Of a stretch of 64,000 bases of DNA, positions 39,238 through 48,810 are shown one piece after another. The stretch is taken from the NCBI GenBank assembly GCA_963722385.1, contig CAVRKK010000001.1, positions 32,001 through 96,000 on the forward strand. Direction: 5' to 3'. Numbering within the stretch: position 1 is the first letter of the stretch; the number at the start of each line of letters is the position of its first letter. Source of the stretch: an uncultured bacterium. GTDB taxonomy: Bacteria; Babelota; Babeliae; Babelales; Babelaceae. Both the position numbers and the translations under genes were made by a program. The notes below the pieces were generated by a model. It did no database searches. It had not been told where the DNA came from and was given only the letters and a program-made list of their open reading frames with translations.

Positions 39238-40272
39238 ATGAAACAATTAAATTATGTACTTTATGCTCTTATGTATATAGGTGCCTTAATAATGTTGGTG
39301 CCGGCGAAAGCGGCAATCGATTGCGGCAGCAAGCCAAAGGTCACGCTTAAAAATTCTTTGGCGGAGATAGACAAGGCCTATCGGGAATTCATACTTACCT
39401 GTCACCCCGATAAGCGCCCTCACGTGGAGAGTAAAAGAGCGCAAGCTGAATATATAAGTGGCGTCGAAGCTTATGATTCGTTAAAAAGCATGAAGAAAGA
39501 AGAAGAGACCGGGTTTAAGGGTACCAAGCCAGAGGCTAAACCGGAACATAAGCCGAAACCTAAAGACAAAGACAAGGAAGAAGAAAAAAAGAAAACCTGG
39601 GAAAAATTTAAGAATATACTCAACGAGAAAGCGCTTTTTGATGCGATTAGCGAGGGCGATCTAGAGAAAGTGACTTCTTTGCTTGAGTCTGGAGTTTCAC
39701 CAGATACGATCTACGCCAGTCAACCAATGCTTGCAGTTGCTATTAGAAAGAAACAGCTGCTTATAATAAAGCTCTTGCTCAAACATGGTGCTGACGTTAA
39801 CATAGAAGACTTAGGCGTTCCGATGTTAATTAGAGCTATCGACTCAAATAGCCCAATTATAGTTAAGCTTCTGCTTGAGAAGGGCGCCGATGCAAATGCT
39901 CAATATATCATTAAGCCCGCCTTAACTCTTGCAATTGATAAAGGCAACCTTGATATCGTGAGGCTGTTGCTTGAGCATGGAGCTAACCCTAATGAAAAGT
40001 ACCTCTATACAACGGCCCCCCTCCATACAGCGGCTAAAAATAACAATATAGATCTCGCTTCTTTATTGCTTAAGCATGGTGCTGAGGTAGATATAACAGA
40101 TAATTTAGGGAAAACACCCCTCATGTATGCGGCTACAAATAATAACGAACAGATGATAAAGCTCTTGATAGCTCATGGAGCAGATGTATGTCTCAAGGAC
40201 TTCATGAACCAAAGAGCTTATAATCTGAGCTCTTTGCCGAAACTAAAGAAATTGCTTGTTTGCTTGAGATAG
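39238..40272 (+). CDS. Secreted J-domain plus ankyrin-repeat protein
   Basis: Signal peptide; EIDKAYREFILTCHPDK with intact HPD; about six LL.HGA-type ankyrin repeats. Confidence 0.88.
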   Translation: MKQLNYVLYALMYIGALIMLVPAKAAIDCGSKPKVTLKNSLAEIDKAYREFILTCHPDKRPHVESKRAQAEYISGVEAYDSLKSMKKEEETGFKGTKPEAKPEHKPKPKDKDKEEEKKKTWEKFKNILNEKALFDAISEGDLEKVTSLLESGVSPDTIYASQPMLAVAIRKKQLLIIKLLLKHGADVNIEDLGVPMLIRAIDSNSPIIVKLLLEKGADANAQYIIKPALTLAIDKGNLDIVRLLLEHGANPNEKYLYTTAPLHTAAKNNNIDLASLLLKHGAEVDITDNLGKTPLMYAATNNNEQMIKLLIAHGADVCLKDFMNQRAYNLSSLPKLKKLLVCLR

Positions 40273-40297
40273 CACGAGATACGACACGTAGTAGTCT

Positions 40298-40330
40298 AGC
40301 AAGAAGAGCCTGCAACAGGCTCTTCTTGCT
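40298..40330. terminator. Bidirectional terminator-like hairpin
   Basis: agcaagaagagcctg-caa-caggctcttcttgct between convergent genes. Confidence 0.8.
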
Positions 40331-41389
40331 TTATTTATTTTGGGGTACGTTGTGTGGTGTAAGGTCAGCAAGTTGCTCGGGTTGGTTAATAGGTATGACG
40401 ATCGGTGCTTGTGCATCGAGATTCATTTTCGTTAAGTCGACCATACGTATAACGTAGTTGTCATATGTGCGCATATAATAGCGTTTATTGTGTAAGTCAC
40501 TTGCGCTGGTCCACTGGGTATAGTCATAGTCTGACTTAGCCAGGGCTGTACTGTTCATGCGTGTAGATCTATCTTCTTGAGAAGCAGCTATGATGCCGAT
40601 TGGTATATCAAAAAGATTCAATACGTGAAAAGCAGCTCTCCGAGCAGCATCAGAATTCTTTATGTTAATAAGTGCTTGGCTAAAAAGAGCGGCGCGTACA
40701 AACCGTGATGGCGGGGTAAAGTCTCCTGGCAGGCCAAGCATTTCCGATCCTTGGCCGAGTGGCGTCAAGGTGAGTGGCCCAAGTTTTACCGATGGCGTGC
40801 TGAGTGCTGAAAGGTTGCTGTAGTTGCGCAGATTGGTTATGTGCCAGTCAAAGGTTGGCGCATTGGTGATCGTCCCAAGAGGATTATCGTAGAGAGATAG
40901 CTTTCCTTTTACGTATTCTATAACCAGGCTTTTTCTATGTGTATCATGTACTATCGCGTGGAGTGGTGGGGCAAAGCCCCATTGGTCAAGAATTGCTTTG
41001 CAGACCGTGATTTTGGGTAGCGCCTGCTTGACCTCATCGATATTGGCAAAGTTGGTGAGCAGCCATGTCATGAGTTGCCATGATGCAATTGTGCTATTGT
41101 TAGCGTGCTCCTCTTGGTATTCGGCGTAATCGGGAAAGTAAAAGAGTCCCCCAGCGAGCCCAACTTCGTTGATCCCATCGAGTATTTCAGTCATATTAAG
41201 GCCATTGGCGCCAACAACGGCATAGCGCGATTTCCAGTGTAATCCCGGCTTGGAAGATACGGTTATACCAGTAAAATCATGCAGGCGAGGTATCATAATG
41301 ATATTTGATTGCAAGTCTCTGCCGAATTCTAACGTACGGGCGTATAGAGGTGACCCATCTTCCGCGTCGATGCGAATACCCGTGCACAT
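40331..41389 (-). CDS. Choloylglycine hydrolase/penicillin V acylase family Ntn hydrolase
   Basis: N-terminal MCTG, ARTLEF, DGINE.GL, ITNAP.F and GLPGDFTPPSRFVR motifs. Confidence 0.93.
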   Translation of the reverse strand: MCTGIRIDAEDGSPLYARTLEFGRDLQSNIIMIPRLHDFTGITVSSKPGLHWKSRYAVVGANGLNMTEILDGINEVGLAGGLFYFPDYAEYQEEHANNSTIASWQLMTWLLTNFANIDEVKQALPKITVCKAILDQWGFAPPLHAIVHDTHRKSLVIEYVKGKLSLYDNPLGTITNAPTFDWHITNLRNYSNLSALSTPSVKLGPLTLTPLGQGSEMLGLPGDFTPPSRFVRAALFSQALINIKNSDAARRAAFHVLNLFDIPIGIIAASQEDRSTRMNSTALAKSDYDYTQWTSASDLHNKRYYMRTYDNYVIRMVDLTKMNLDAQAPIVIPINQPEQLADLTPHNVPQNK

Positions 41390-41580
41390 TGGTTCGTCCT
41401 TTATTGCTTAAATGCTGTGCTCTTTATGCGTAGCATAGAGCTCGGTTGGATGACAAGAATTTTTTAGCGCAAATAATAGGCCTATGTTTGCCGAGCCCTG
41501 TTTATGGTTACGGTATACTTGGCCCATCACAACATGGTATACTATAGATATTGATGGTAGCCAATTTTAAGCGAGAAATC

Positions 41581-43101
41581 ATGATAAATATAACATTAAG
41601 CAATCGAGCCGTATACGAAGAAAAAGTTCAAGGCTTTGTCGTCTTTTGCGAGCAAGACAGTGTGGTAACGCATCCTGCTGTTATTGAGCTTGAGCGCTTT
41701 TATAAACCGCTTAAGGCATTGATTGGTGCTCGCGGTTTTACGGGTAAGCAGGGTAAATCGCTTGTTGTTGCGGGCGACGATGCAGGCCAGCCCGTATATC
41801 TTATGATGTATGGCTTGGGCAATTTCTCTGCTTTAGCGCCTGAGGACCAGATTGAGCAGTATCGGCGGGCATTGGGACTCATGGTACGCTCGGTTGAACA
41901 GCTTAAAATTTCTCGTCTTGCAGTCGGCTTTCCCGATCCTGCGCTTTTTGGTGTGACCGCCTATACGCTTGCCCAAGAGACGATGTCCACCTGCCAAATG
42001 GCCAATTTTCATTTCAATCGGTTCATGACCGATGCGCAGCACCAAATTGACGCTCAAATTGAGCTCGTGCTTTGTGTTCCTGATTATATTGCGGATGAAA
42101 GTCGCATGGGTTGTCAAAGCGGCCAATATATTGGTTACGCGGTCAATCAGGCACGCGACTGGTGCGACTTGCCCGGTAATGTAATAACGCCAACAACATT
42201 TGCCCAGCGGTGTGAGCAAATAGCAGAGACGCACGGGCTTAAGATTACCGTATTTAACAAAGAAGATATTATTGAGAAAAACATGGGGGGCATTTACGCG
42301 GTGGCCAAGGGCTCTGCTGAAGAACCCCGATTAGTAATTATGGAGTACCAATCGGGACACCCTAATGCGCCGACTGTTGCCTTGGTAGGTAAAGGAATCA
42401 CCTTTGATTCAGGGGGCTTAAGCCTCAAGCCTGCGGTGAGCATGGAGACGATGAAAGACGATATGGCTGGCGCGGTGGTTGTTATTTCTGCTCTTGAGGC
42501 GCTTGCCCATCTTAAACCTCATATTAATGTTATTGCTGCTGCACCCCTGGCTGAAAATATGCCAAGTGGGACAGCAACGAGACCAGGTGATATCATTACT
42601 TTTTATAATGGTATGACCGCTGAAGTGAAAAATACTGACGCCGAGGGGCGCCTTGTTTTAGCTGATGCGCTTTCGTACCTGGTTGCCCATTACAAGCTAG
42701 ACTGTATTATTGATTTTGCGACGCTCACTGGTTCATGCGCTGCTGCCCTCGGGCCCTTTTACGCAGGCATGATGACCAAGGATGATGCTCTTGCTCAGCA
42801 GCTTATTGCTTCTTCGCAGCGCTCAGGCGATCGAATTTGGCGCTTGCCGTTCCACGACGATTACAAGGTGGCAATACAGTCATCAGTAGCCGATCTTTGC
42901 AATATAGGCCAGGACAAGTATCGAGCTGGTGCTATCACCGCGGGCTTTTTCTTGTCCAATTTTGTCGGTACGGTACCGTGGGCCCACTTTGATATTGCCG
43001 GTACCGCCTTCAATGTGCCAGACATGAGCTATTTGCGTTCAGGTGCCACGGGCTTTGGCGTGCGGCTTTGCGTTGATTTAGCCAGGAATTGGCCTGTTTA
43101 A
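41581..43101 (+). CDS. pepA: Leucyl aminopeptidase (M17)
   Basis: VGKGITFDSGG, MKDDMAG, NTDAEGRLVLAD and ATLTG motifs. Confidence 0.95.
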   Translation: MINITLSNRAVYEEKVQGFVVFCEQDSVVTHPAVIELERFYKPLKALIGARGFTGKQGKSLVVAGDDAGQPVYLMMYGLGNFSALAPEDQIEQYRRALGLMVRSVEQLKISRLAVGFPDPALFGVTAYTLAQETMSTCQMANFHFNRFMTDAQHQIDAQIELVLCVPDYIADESRMGCQSGQYIGYAVNQARDWCDLPGNVITPTTFAQRCEQIAETHGLKITVFNKEDIIEKNMGGIYAVAKGSAEEPRLVIMEYQSGHPNAPTVALVGKGITFDSGGLSLKPAVSMETMKDDMAGAVVVISALEALAHLKPHINVIAAAPLAENMPSGTATRPGDIITFYNGMTAEVKNTDAEGRLVLADALSYLVAHYKLDCIIDFATLTGSCAAALGPFYAGMMTKDDALAQQLIASSQRSGDRIWRLPFHDDYKVAIQSSVADLCNIGQDKYRAGAITAGFFLSNFVGTVPWAHFDIAGTAFNVPDMSYLRSGATGFGVRLCVDLARNWPV

Positions 43102-44217
43102 GGGTGTATCGGTTGGATCAGCTTGCACGCAGTTCATGATAATCCCCAGCATCCACATGTCGCAAATCAGGGCTGATCGGCCGTAGCTAATAAAGGGCAA
43201 GCCGATGCCTTTGGTTGGAAGTAAACTTGTAGCGACAGCAATATTTACTGCTGCTTGGATACTAATGAGCAGCACGAAGCCCAGGACGACATAGGCAGAA
43301 AACTGGTCTTTGAGCTGGTGAGTAAGCTTGAGCCCATAGTATAAAAAAAGTATATAAAGCATGATCAATAAGCACGAACCGATAAAGCCTGTTTCTTCAG
43401 CGATAATTGAGAAAATAAAATCAGTATGTTGCATGGGCAGGTAGAAATATTTTTGCTTTGAATTGGCGATGCCGACGCCGCCTAAGCCTCCCGAGCCTAT
43501 CGCAATGAGCGACTGTATAATCTGGAAGCCCGAGCCTTGCGGGTCTTTCCAAGGGTTAAGGAACACCAATATGCGCTTAAACCGGTAGGGCTTGAAATAG
43601 ATGAGCATGGCAGTGATTGGTATGAGCGGAACAATGGTAGCGATAAGATGCTTGGTATTGATTCTTGCCAAAAAAAAGAGCAGAAATGCCATTGAGCACG
43701 TTGTTACCATTTGGCCAAAGTCAGGCTGTTTGAGCAGAACGGCGGCGACCGCTGTTAATATGCATAAAAAGGGTAAGTAGCTATACCAAAATGAGTTAAG
43801 CGAGTAATGCTTTTTGGTTAAAATGTAAGCCAGGTACAGTATAAGTGATATTTTGAGCAGGTCGCTTGGCTGGAAAGTAAATTTCAGTATTGAGATCCAG
43901 CGCCGTGAGCCATGGATAGAGATTCCCAGTCCTGGTATGAGTGTCAGGGCGGTCACGAGCAATGAGCCGACAAAAATAAGGGGCGCGGTTTTTTTGATGA
44001 GCGCGAGAGGAATCAGTCGTATAATAATCATTCCGGCTAGGCCAAGTACAAATCCGGTCAGTTGCTTAAAAACGAAATAGTGCGGTGAGCCATAGCGATC
44101 AAGTGCGTAAATTGAGCTTGATGAGTAGACAAAAATAAAGCCCACGATGAAAAGAATTGCGCTTATGACAAGTAAGCCAATTAGAGGTCTTGTGGTAGAT
44201 CGTTGAAGTTGGTACAT
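43078..44217 (-). CDS. ftsW: Cell division SEDS protein FtsW
   Basis: FVYSSS, RRWI..FQPSD, QPDFG, HTDFIFS and PTKGIGLPFISYG motifs; downstream of murD. Confidence 0.92.
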   Translation of the reverse strand: MYQLQRSTTRPLIGLLVISAILFIVGFIFVYSSSSIYALDRYGSPHYFVFKQLTGFVLGLAGMIIIRLIPLALIKKTAPLIFVGSLLVTALTLIPGLGISIHGSRRWISILKFTFQPSDLLKISLILYLAYILTKKHYSLNSFWYSYLPFLCILTAVAAVLLKQPDFGQMVTTCSMAFLLFFLARINTKHLIATIVPLIPITAMLIYFKPYRFKRILVFLNPWKDPQGSGFQIIQSLIAIGSGGLGGVGIANSKQKYFYLPMQHTDFIFSIIAEETGFIGSCLLIMLYILFLYYGLKLTHQLKDQFSAYVVLGFVLLISIQAAVNIAVATSLLPTKGIGLPFISYGRSALICDMWMLGIIMNCVQADPTDTPLNRPIPG

Positions 44218-44333
44218 GGCCAGCTCGCTGTTTTTTGTTTGTTCAACGTACTAAGTTTTGTTTTATAATAGCAAGTGATTCAGGCTATCTTGATAATTAA
44301 TTTATAGCACTTCTTATTGCTGCGTAGTAAAGA

Positions 44334-45683
44334 TTAGCGGTGCTCTTCGGTTATAGAACGTAGGTGTTGTCGAACTAACTCTTGGAATACCTGTCCGCGG
44401 TGGGAATATGAGGTAAATAGATCATAGCTTGCTCCTGATGGCGAGAGTAAGATCTGGTCGCCTTTTTGAGCATCTTGTACTGCTTGAGAAAATGCCGATT
44501 CAAGCGTCGTGTGGGGACTTGCGGGAATACCGACGTGATCGCAGAAGGAGGCGAGTTGATGTGCCTCAACGCCAAAGCAGTGCACGCTCTTTACCTTATG
44601 AGCAAGTGCTTGGACAAGGGGTTGGCGATTGATGCCTTTGCTGATGCCACCAAGTAACAAAATGATAGGCCGTTGTGCTAACTGATTGACGGCGGCGAGC
44701 GTTGATTCAGGTACGGTGGATTTTGAATCATCGTAAAAGTCGATCTGATGAGCTTTCCCTACATGCTGCAGTCGATGGTCTGGTAATTGGGTGTTAATCT
44801 GGCGTAAAGAAGACAACGGCCTGCCCAGCGTGTCCAGCGTGGCAACTACCGTCAGCCAATTAAGAGCAAACGAAATGGGCGGCATGTCGGTCTTGGAAGC
44901 GAGCGGAACGCAAGAGCCTTGGTGTTCCTTAATGACTACTGAACGGTCATAATAGTATAACGTATCGAATGTGGTAAAATAGGTCGGCTTATCAAGAGAG
45001 AACGTGGAGAGAGGCCGATCGCTTCCTAGCTCTAACCGTATCTGTTCAGCGCATTCGGCATTGACGAGCGCTCGTTGGTGATCTTTTTGATAGCGGAGTA
45101 GGTTGCATTTGACTTTTATGTATTTTTCAGTGCTTTCATGTCGATCAAGGTGGTTTGGGTAGAGATTGGTGATAACCGCTAAATCTGGTGCGAACTGGTT
45201 AGAAAGCTCAAGCTGAAAGCTCGAGAGCTCAGCCACGAGCCACTGGGCATCGGTCGATACAATATCAAGCAAGCCGACACCAATATTGCCAGCGGTTGCT
45301 ATCTTAAGGCCTGATGCCAAGAGCGCTTGCGATATCAAGTGGGTGACTGAGGTTTTTCCCAGGCTGCCGGTAATAGCTATGCTTGGCAATGATACGAGCG
45401 AACTAAAAAAATCGAGTTCACCAAGCCACTTATGAGCATGCTGAGCGTAAGGCCGCAGGTCGATTCCCGCGCTTGGAATAATCGTGTCATATGTGGAAAA
45501 AAAGAGATCTTTCTGATCTTCGGAATAAAAACAAGTGTTGTGCTGATTGAGAAATGTTTGTTCAGCTGGGTTTGGTGTGCGTTTGTCCATGCACCCGAGC
45601 TCATAACCTTGACTATAAAGGTATCTGATGGCGGATTTGCCGACGATACCCAATCCCCAAACACCTATCTTGTTTAGCCGCAC
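44334..45683 (-). CDS. murD: UDP-N-acetylmuramoyl-L-alanine--D-glutamate ligase
   Basis: GLGIVG, AITGSLGKTS, ELSSFQL, NHLDRH, DDSKST and LLSP.GAS.D..SY..RG motifs. Confidence 0.95.
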   Translation of the reverse strand: MRLNKIGVWGLGIVGKSAIRYLYSQGYELGCMDKRTPNPAEQTFLNQHNTCFYSEDQKDLFFSTYDTIIPSAGIDLRPYAQHAHKWLGELDFFSSLVSLPSIAITGSLGKTSVTHLISQALLASGLKIATAGNIGVGLLDIVSTDAQWLVAELSSFQLELSNQFAPDLAVITNLYPNHLDRHESTEKYIKVKCNLLRYQKDHQRALVNAECAEQIRLELGSDRPLSTFSLDKPTYFTTFDTLYYYDRSVVIKEHQGSCVPLASKTDMPPISFALNWLTVVATLDTLGRPLSSLRQINTQLPDHRLQHVGKAHQIDFYDDSKSTVPESTLAAVNQLAQRPIILLLGGISKGINRQPLVQALAHKVKSVHCFGVEAHQLASFCDHVGIPASPHTTLESAFSQAVQDAQKGDQILLSPSGASYDLFTSYSHRGQVFQELVRQHLRSITEEHR

Positions 45684-45696
45684 CTATGTTTCCTTA

Positions 45697-46724
45697 TCAC
45701 ATAAGCAGGCAATGGCTTTTTTTTGCTCCATGGTCTTTCAAGAGTTTTTGAATTTTAACGAGACGCTCAATTTTTTCTTTAGAAAGTTTCTTGGCGGGGC
45801 TATTGAGCTTTTTTTCTAAATACGCTAGCGGTGTTCCTCTTTCGCTAGGCCGATTGACGTCAGAGCCGTAACGAATTAACAATTCGACTAACGTATCATC
45901 GCCCTCTGCAATAGCTTTTTCCATTAATGTTAAACCTTTAGTGGTCGGGGCATCTGGTTGAGCACCATTTTGTAAAAGCAATTCGACCATTTCATAATTA
46001 ATAATTATTTCGCACTCGTCATAGCACCTTCTAACAATGTCTACTTTTGCGAGGACTATCTCTATTTTGTGACATTTGCTTATTAAGTACATTACCATTT
46101 CTCTATCGGCATTTGAGCCTCTTGCAGCGTTCGCCAGGCATTGTGGTGTGACTTCTACGTTATACTCTTCAACTATTACCTTTACCATGGCAATATGGCC
46201 AGCTAAAAGAGCAGAACTAAGACAATTATCAAGAGCAGAACCAAAACGATCATCTAAATCACTTACTATTGCTCCATGCTTAGTAAGTTCCCTCAATATT
46301 TCTATATTGCCTCTTTTTCCTACTAGCCGGATATCATGCCGGCTTACTTGAGCACCAAGCGCAAGAAGCTTACGCACCATTTTGAGGTACCTCCCTTTAT
46401 TGCCATTTCCAAAAGAGATGTTTTTTCTTCTTTATTGGTGTCGACATAGACGTGCAACATTTGTGACCCGCCGATATAGAGCTTTTTTTGAAGTATATTT
46501 ATATTGAAAGTTTTATCGACGGTATATCCGCTATTCATAAGCTCTTCGATCTGTTGATCAACCGTTATTTCTTCTAAAGTAGGAACTTGAACTTGTGGAG
46601 AAGTCCGGTGGGCCCACGGATTTTCCATAGCTATTGTCAGATTACTTATGCTAAGCAAGCTCAGCAAGCTGCCGATGTGGCACCACAGCTGACTTTTTTT
46701 ATGAAAAAATTGATTGGTAGCCAT
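45697..46724 (-). pseudogene. Secreted ankyrin-repeat protein with C-terminal CaaX (CLLM), split by one frameshift near 46385
   Basis: ORFs 46344..46724 and 45697..46380 join as LLEMAIKGG(Y)LKMVRKLLALGA if one base is added. Confidence 0.75.
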
Positions 46725-47001
46725 GTTTTTTCCTCATAATCGTGCAATGCCTTAAGTGCTTTCAATTTATCACGAAAGGCATTTCCTGACAAACGCTCTT
46801 AGGGCGCAGTTAACAGGCGAGCAGATACGATTAATCAATTCAAGTGCAAAAGAGCGTTGTGTCGCTCATGCTAAAGAAATAAAAGAACAAGCATGCAGTT
46901 CAGCCACACGAAGCTTTATTTTTGTGGCTATTTTACGAGCATTAGTTTATTCTCAGGCCAATGGTATTCCGTCGACTTTCATCACTAAACGATAGGTCAT
47001 T

Positions 47002-47673
47002 ATGTTCAAAAGGATCATTGGTGGCGTATTATTCTGCGCAATGTTTGTAAGTTGTATAATGTTGCCTGATAATGCTCGATGCGCAGCAAGCCTTGCTGGA
47101 TCATTGGCCAACGGAGATGGTGGCATATTGCTCAGAATGCTCAAGCAGGCGTGTTCTCGCGATTGGAAGGAGTGCATTCCGCTCCTTGATCCAACATCAT
47201 CTGTTAACGATATTATGGCAATGCATGGAATTAATGAATACGTAGCGATACAATGTGGGGAGCTTTCGTGCATTTCGTCCAACATTTTCAGGACATTGGG
47301 CAAGCCTTTTCTCTGGGGTTGTGATAAAGAGGGCAAGCCATTTATTGCTGTTATCTATGACGTGTATACGCTTGGTGGGTCGGTTGTTGCCAGAGGCGTG
47401 ATTCAGACATTCGTTCAAGCGCAAGCGGATAAACCGGGCATATGGATATCTCGGGCTCATCGTGGACGCGAGAAATTTATTCGGCATATGCACGCTCTCT
47501 GTGATGATGCAGCGCAGGAAGAAGAGGTTAATTTTAATGAGTTTCAAACACTGGCCAAGCTTATGCTTGATGGCGAAGTTGTTGTCAAGCATCAAAAAAC
47601 TGGCTTTGTGAAGCTTGCTTTTGTTTCTTTGTGGAATGATATACGTCTATTTAATGCGAGTTATAAGTCTTAA
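47002..47673 (+). CDS. Secreted hypothetical protein
   Basis: Signal peptide; 223-aa ORF. Confidence 0.65.
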   Translation: MFKRIIGGVLFCAMFVSCIMLPDNARCAASLAGSLANGDGGILLRMLKQACSRDWKECIPLLDPTSSVNDIMAMHGINEYVAIQCGELSCISSNIFRTLGKPFLWGCDKEGKPFIAVIYDVYTLGGSVVARGVIQTFVQAQADKPGIWISRAHRGREKFIRHMHALCDDAAQEEEVNFNEFQTLAKLMLDGEVVVKHQKTGFVKLAFVSLWNDIRLFNASYKS

Positions 47674-48226
47674 GCTTGCTGCTTTTCGTGAGCAGCGGTT
47701 CAGCCCAAGAAACCAAAGTAGTACTGCAAAGCTCAACCTTTAGGTTCGGGTAGATCACAAAAAGTATGCCAATAACTATATGACATAATTGCTCGCCGCA
47801 CGAGTCGGATAACAAAGCTGTCAGATTAATAACTGTTTGCCTGTGAAATCAAAGAAGGTTAGAGCAGTGCTAGAAAGACGCTGCTCTACACGTAATTGTT
47901 TATTGGTGGTGAGTTTTTGATCCATGGAGCGGATTGAGCAGGAGGGACAAGGGCAGGGCAATCACATCAGGTGAAAGGCGTTGTAGCTGTGTAGCGCGTT
48001 GGTTAAGATTGAAGTCGAGAGCATGCGACTTTCCTGATGAGCTTATACTGGTTATAGCAGTAAGCAGGTCATGTAATGTCTCCTTCTCTTGTTCAGAAAG
48101 ATGAGGAAGACATCAACATTGCCGACAAGTGCAGCGCGGGCAAGGCCCTGCAGGAAGGCTAACAATCAAAACACTTGTGTAATTTTGCAATTTAATCTAA
48201 TATTTACACAAACTAGGGGAGGAGTT

Positions 48227-48568
48227 ATGTTTACTCGAGATCTATCGGCAAAGTTAAAATACTTTTCTTCTAAGTTGCCTGTGGTAGCTATTTTAGGGCC
48301 GCGGCAATCAGGAAAGACAACTTTAGCTCAAATGACGTTTCCGGATCATCATTATATTAGTCTTGAAGATATCGATCAGCGTCTTTTTGCTACGAGTGAT
48401 CCACGGCGATTCTTGAGAGAAAATGAAAATGAACACGGTCTTATTCTTGATGAAATTCAGCATGCACCGGACTTGCTCTCTTACATTACACCTCAAGAAA
48501 TTTGCGCACATCAAGATTCGTTAACGGGGCAATGCGTAAAGGCTTATATAGCAGCCAATCAGCCTTAA
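48227..48568 (+). pseudogene. 5' fragment of an AAA+/DUF4143 ATPase
   Basis: MFTRDLS..GPRQSGKTT..ILDEIQHAPDLLSYI, after which homology ends. Confidence 0.85.
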
Positions 48569-48810
48569 CAACTATATACGCTGAACTCATAAAAGTCAGA
48601 GTGCTTACAGGGCTTGCTAGAGTATAAAAATCTTTTTCATAGAGTTTCTTGACTAAAAACTTCATATCTGAAATTTAATATAATTATCATTAAAAAAAGC
48701 AAGGGTTTTGTCCTCATAGGCAATGCTGCTTGCCAAAAAAGAGCTTGTAAAATGAATACTCATAGAGTCATACTTTAAAAGTGCTTTGATACAAAAGAAA
48801 AGGCTTGAAC

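Noticed and set aside
40255..40272. LLVCLR end of the J-ankyrin protein as a CaaX box
   Set aside because: Cys is at -3, not -4
47680..48090. Possible gene or ncRNA
   Set aside because: Stops interrupt the frames and no convincing structure was seen; at most a degraded remnant
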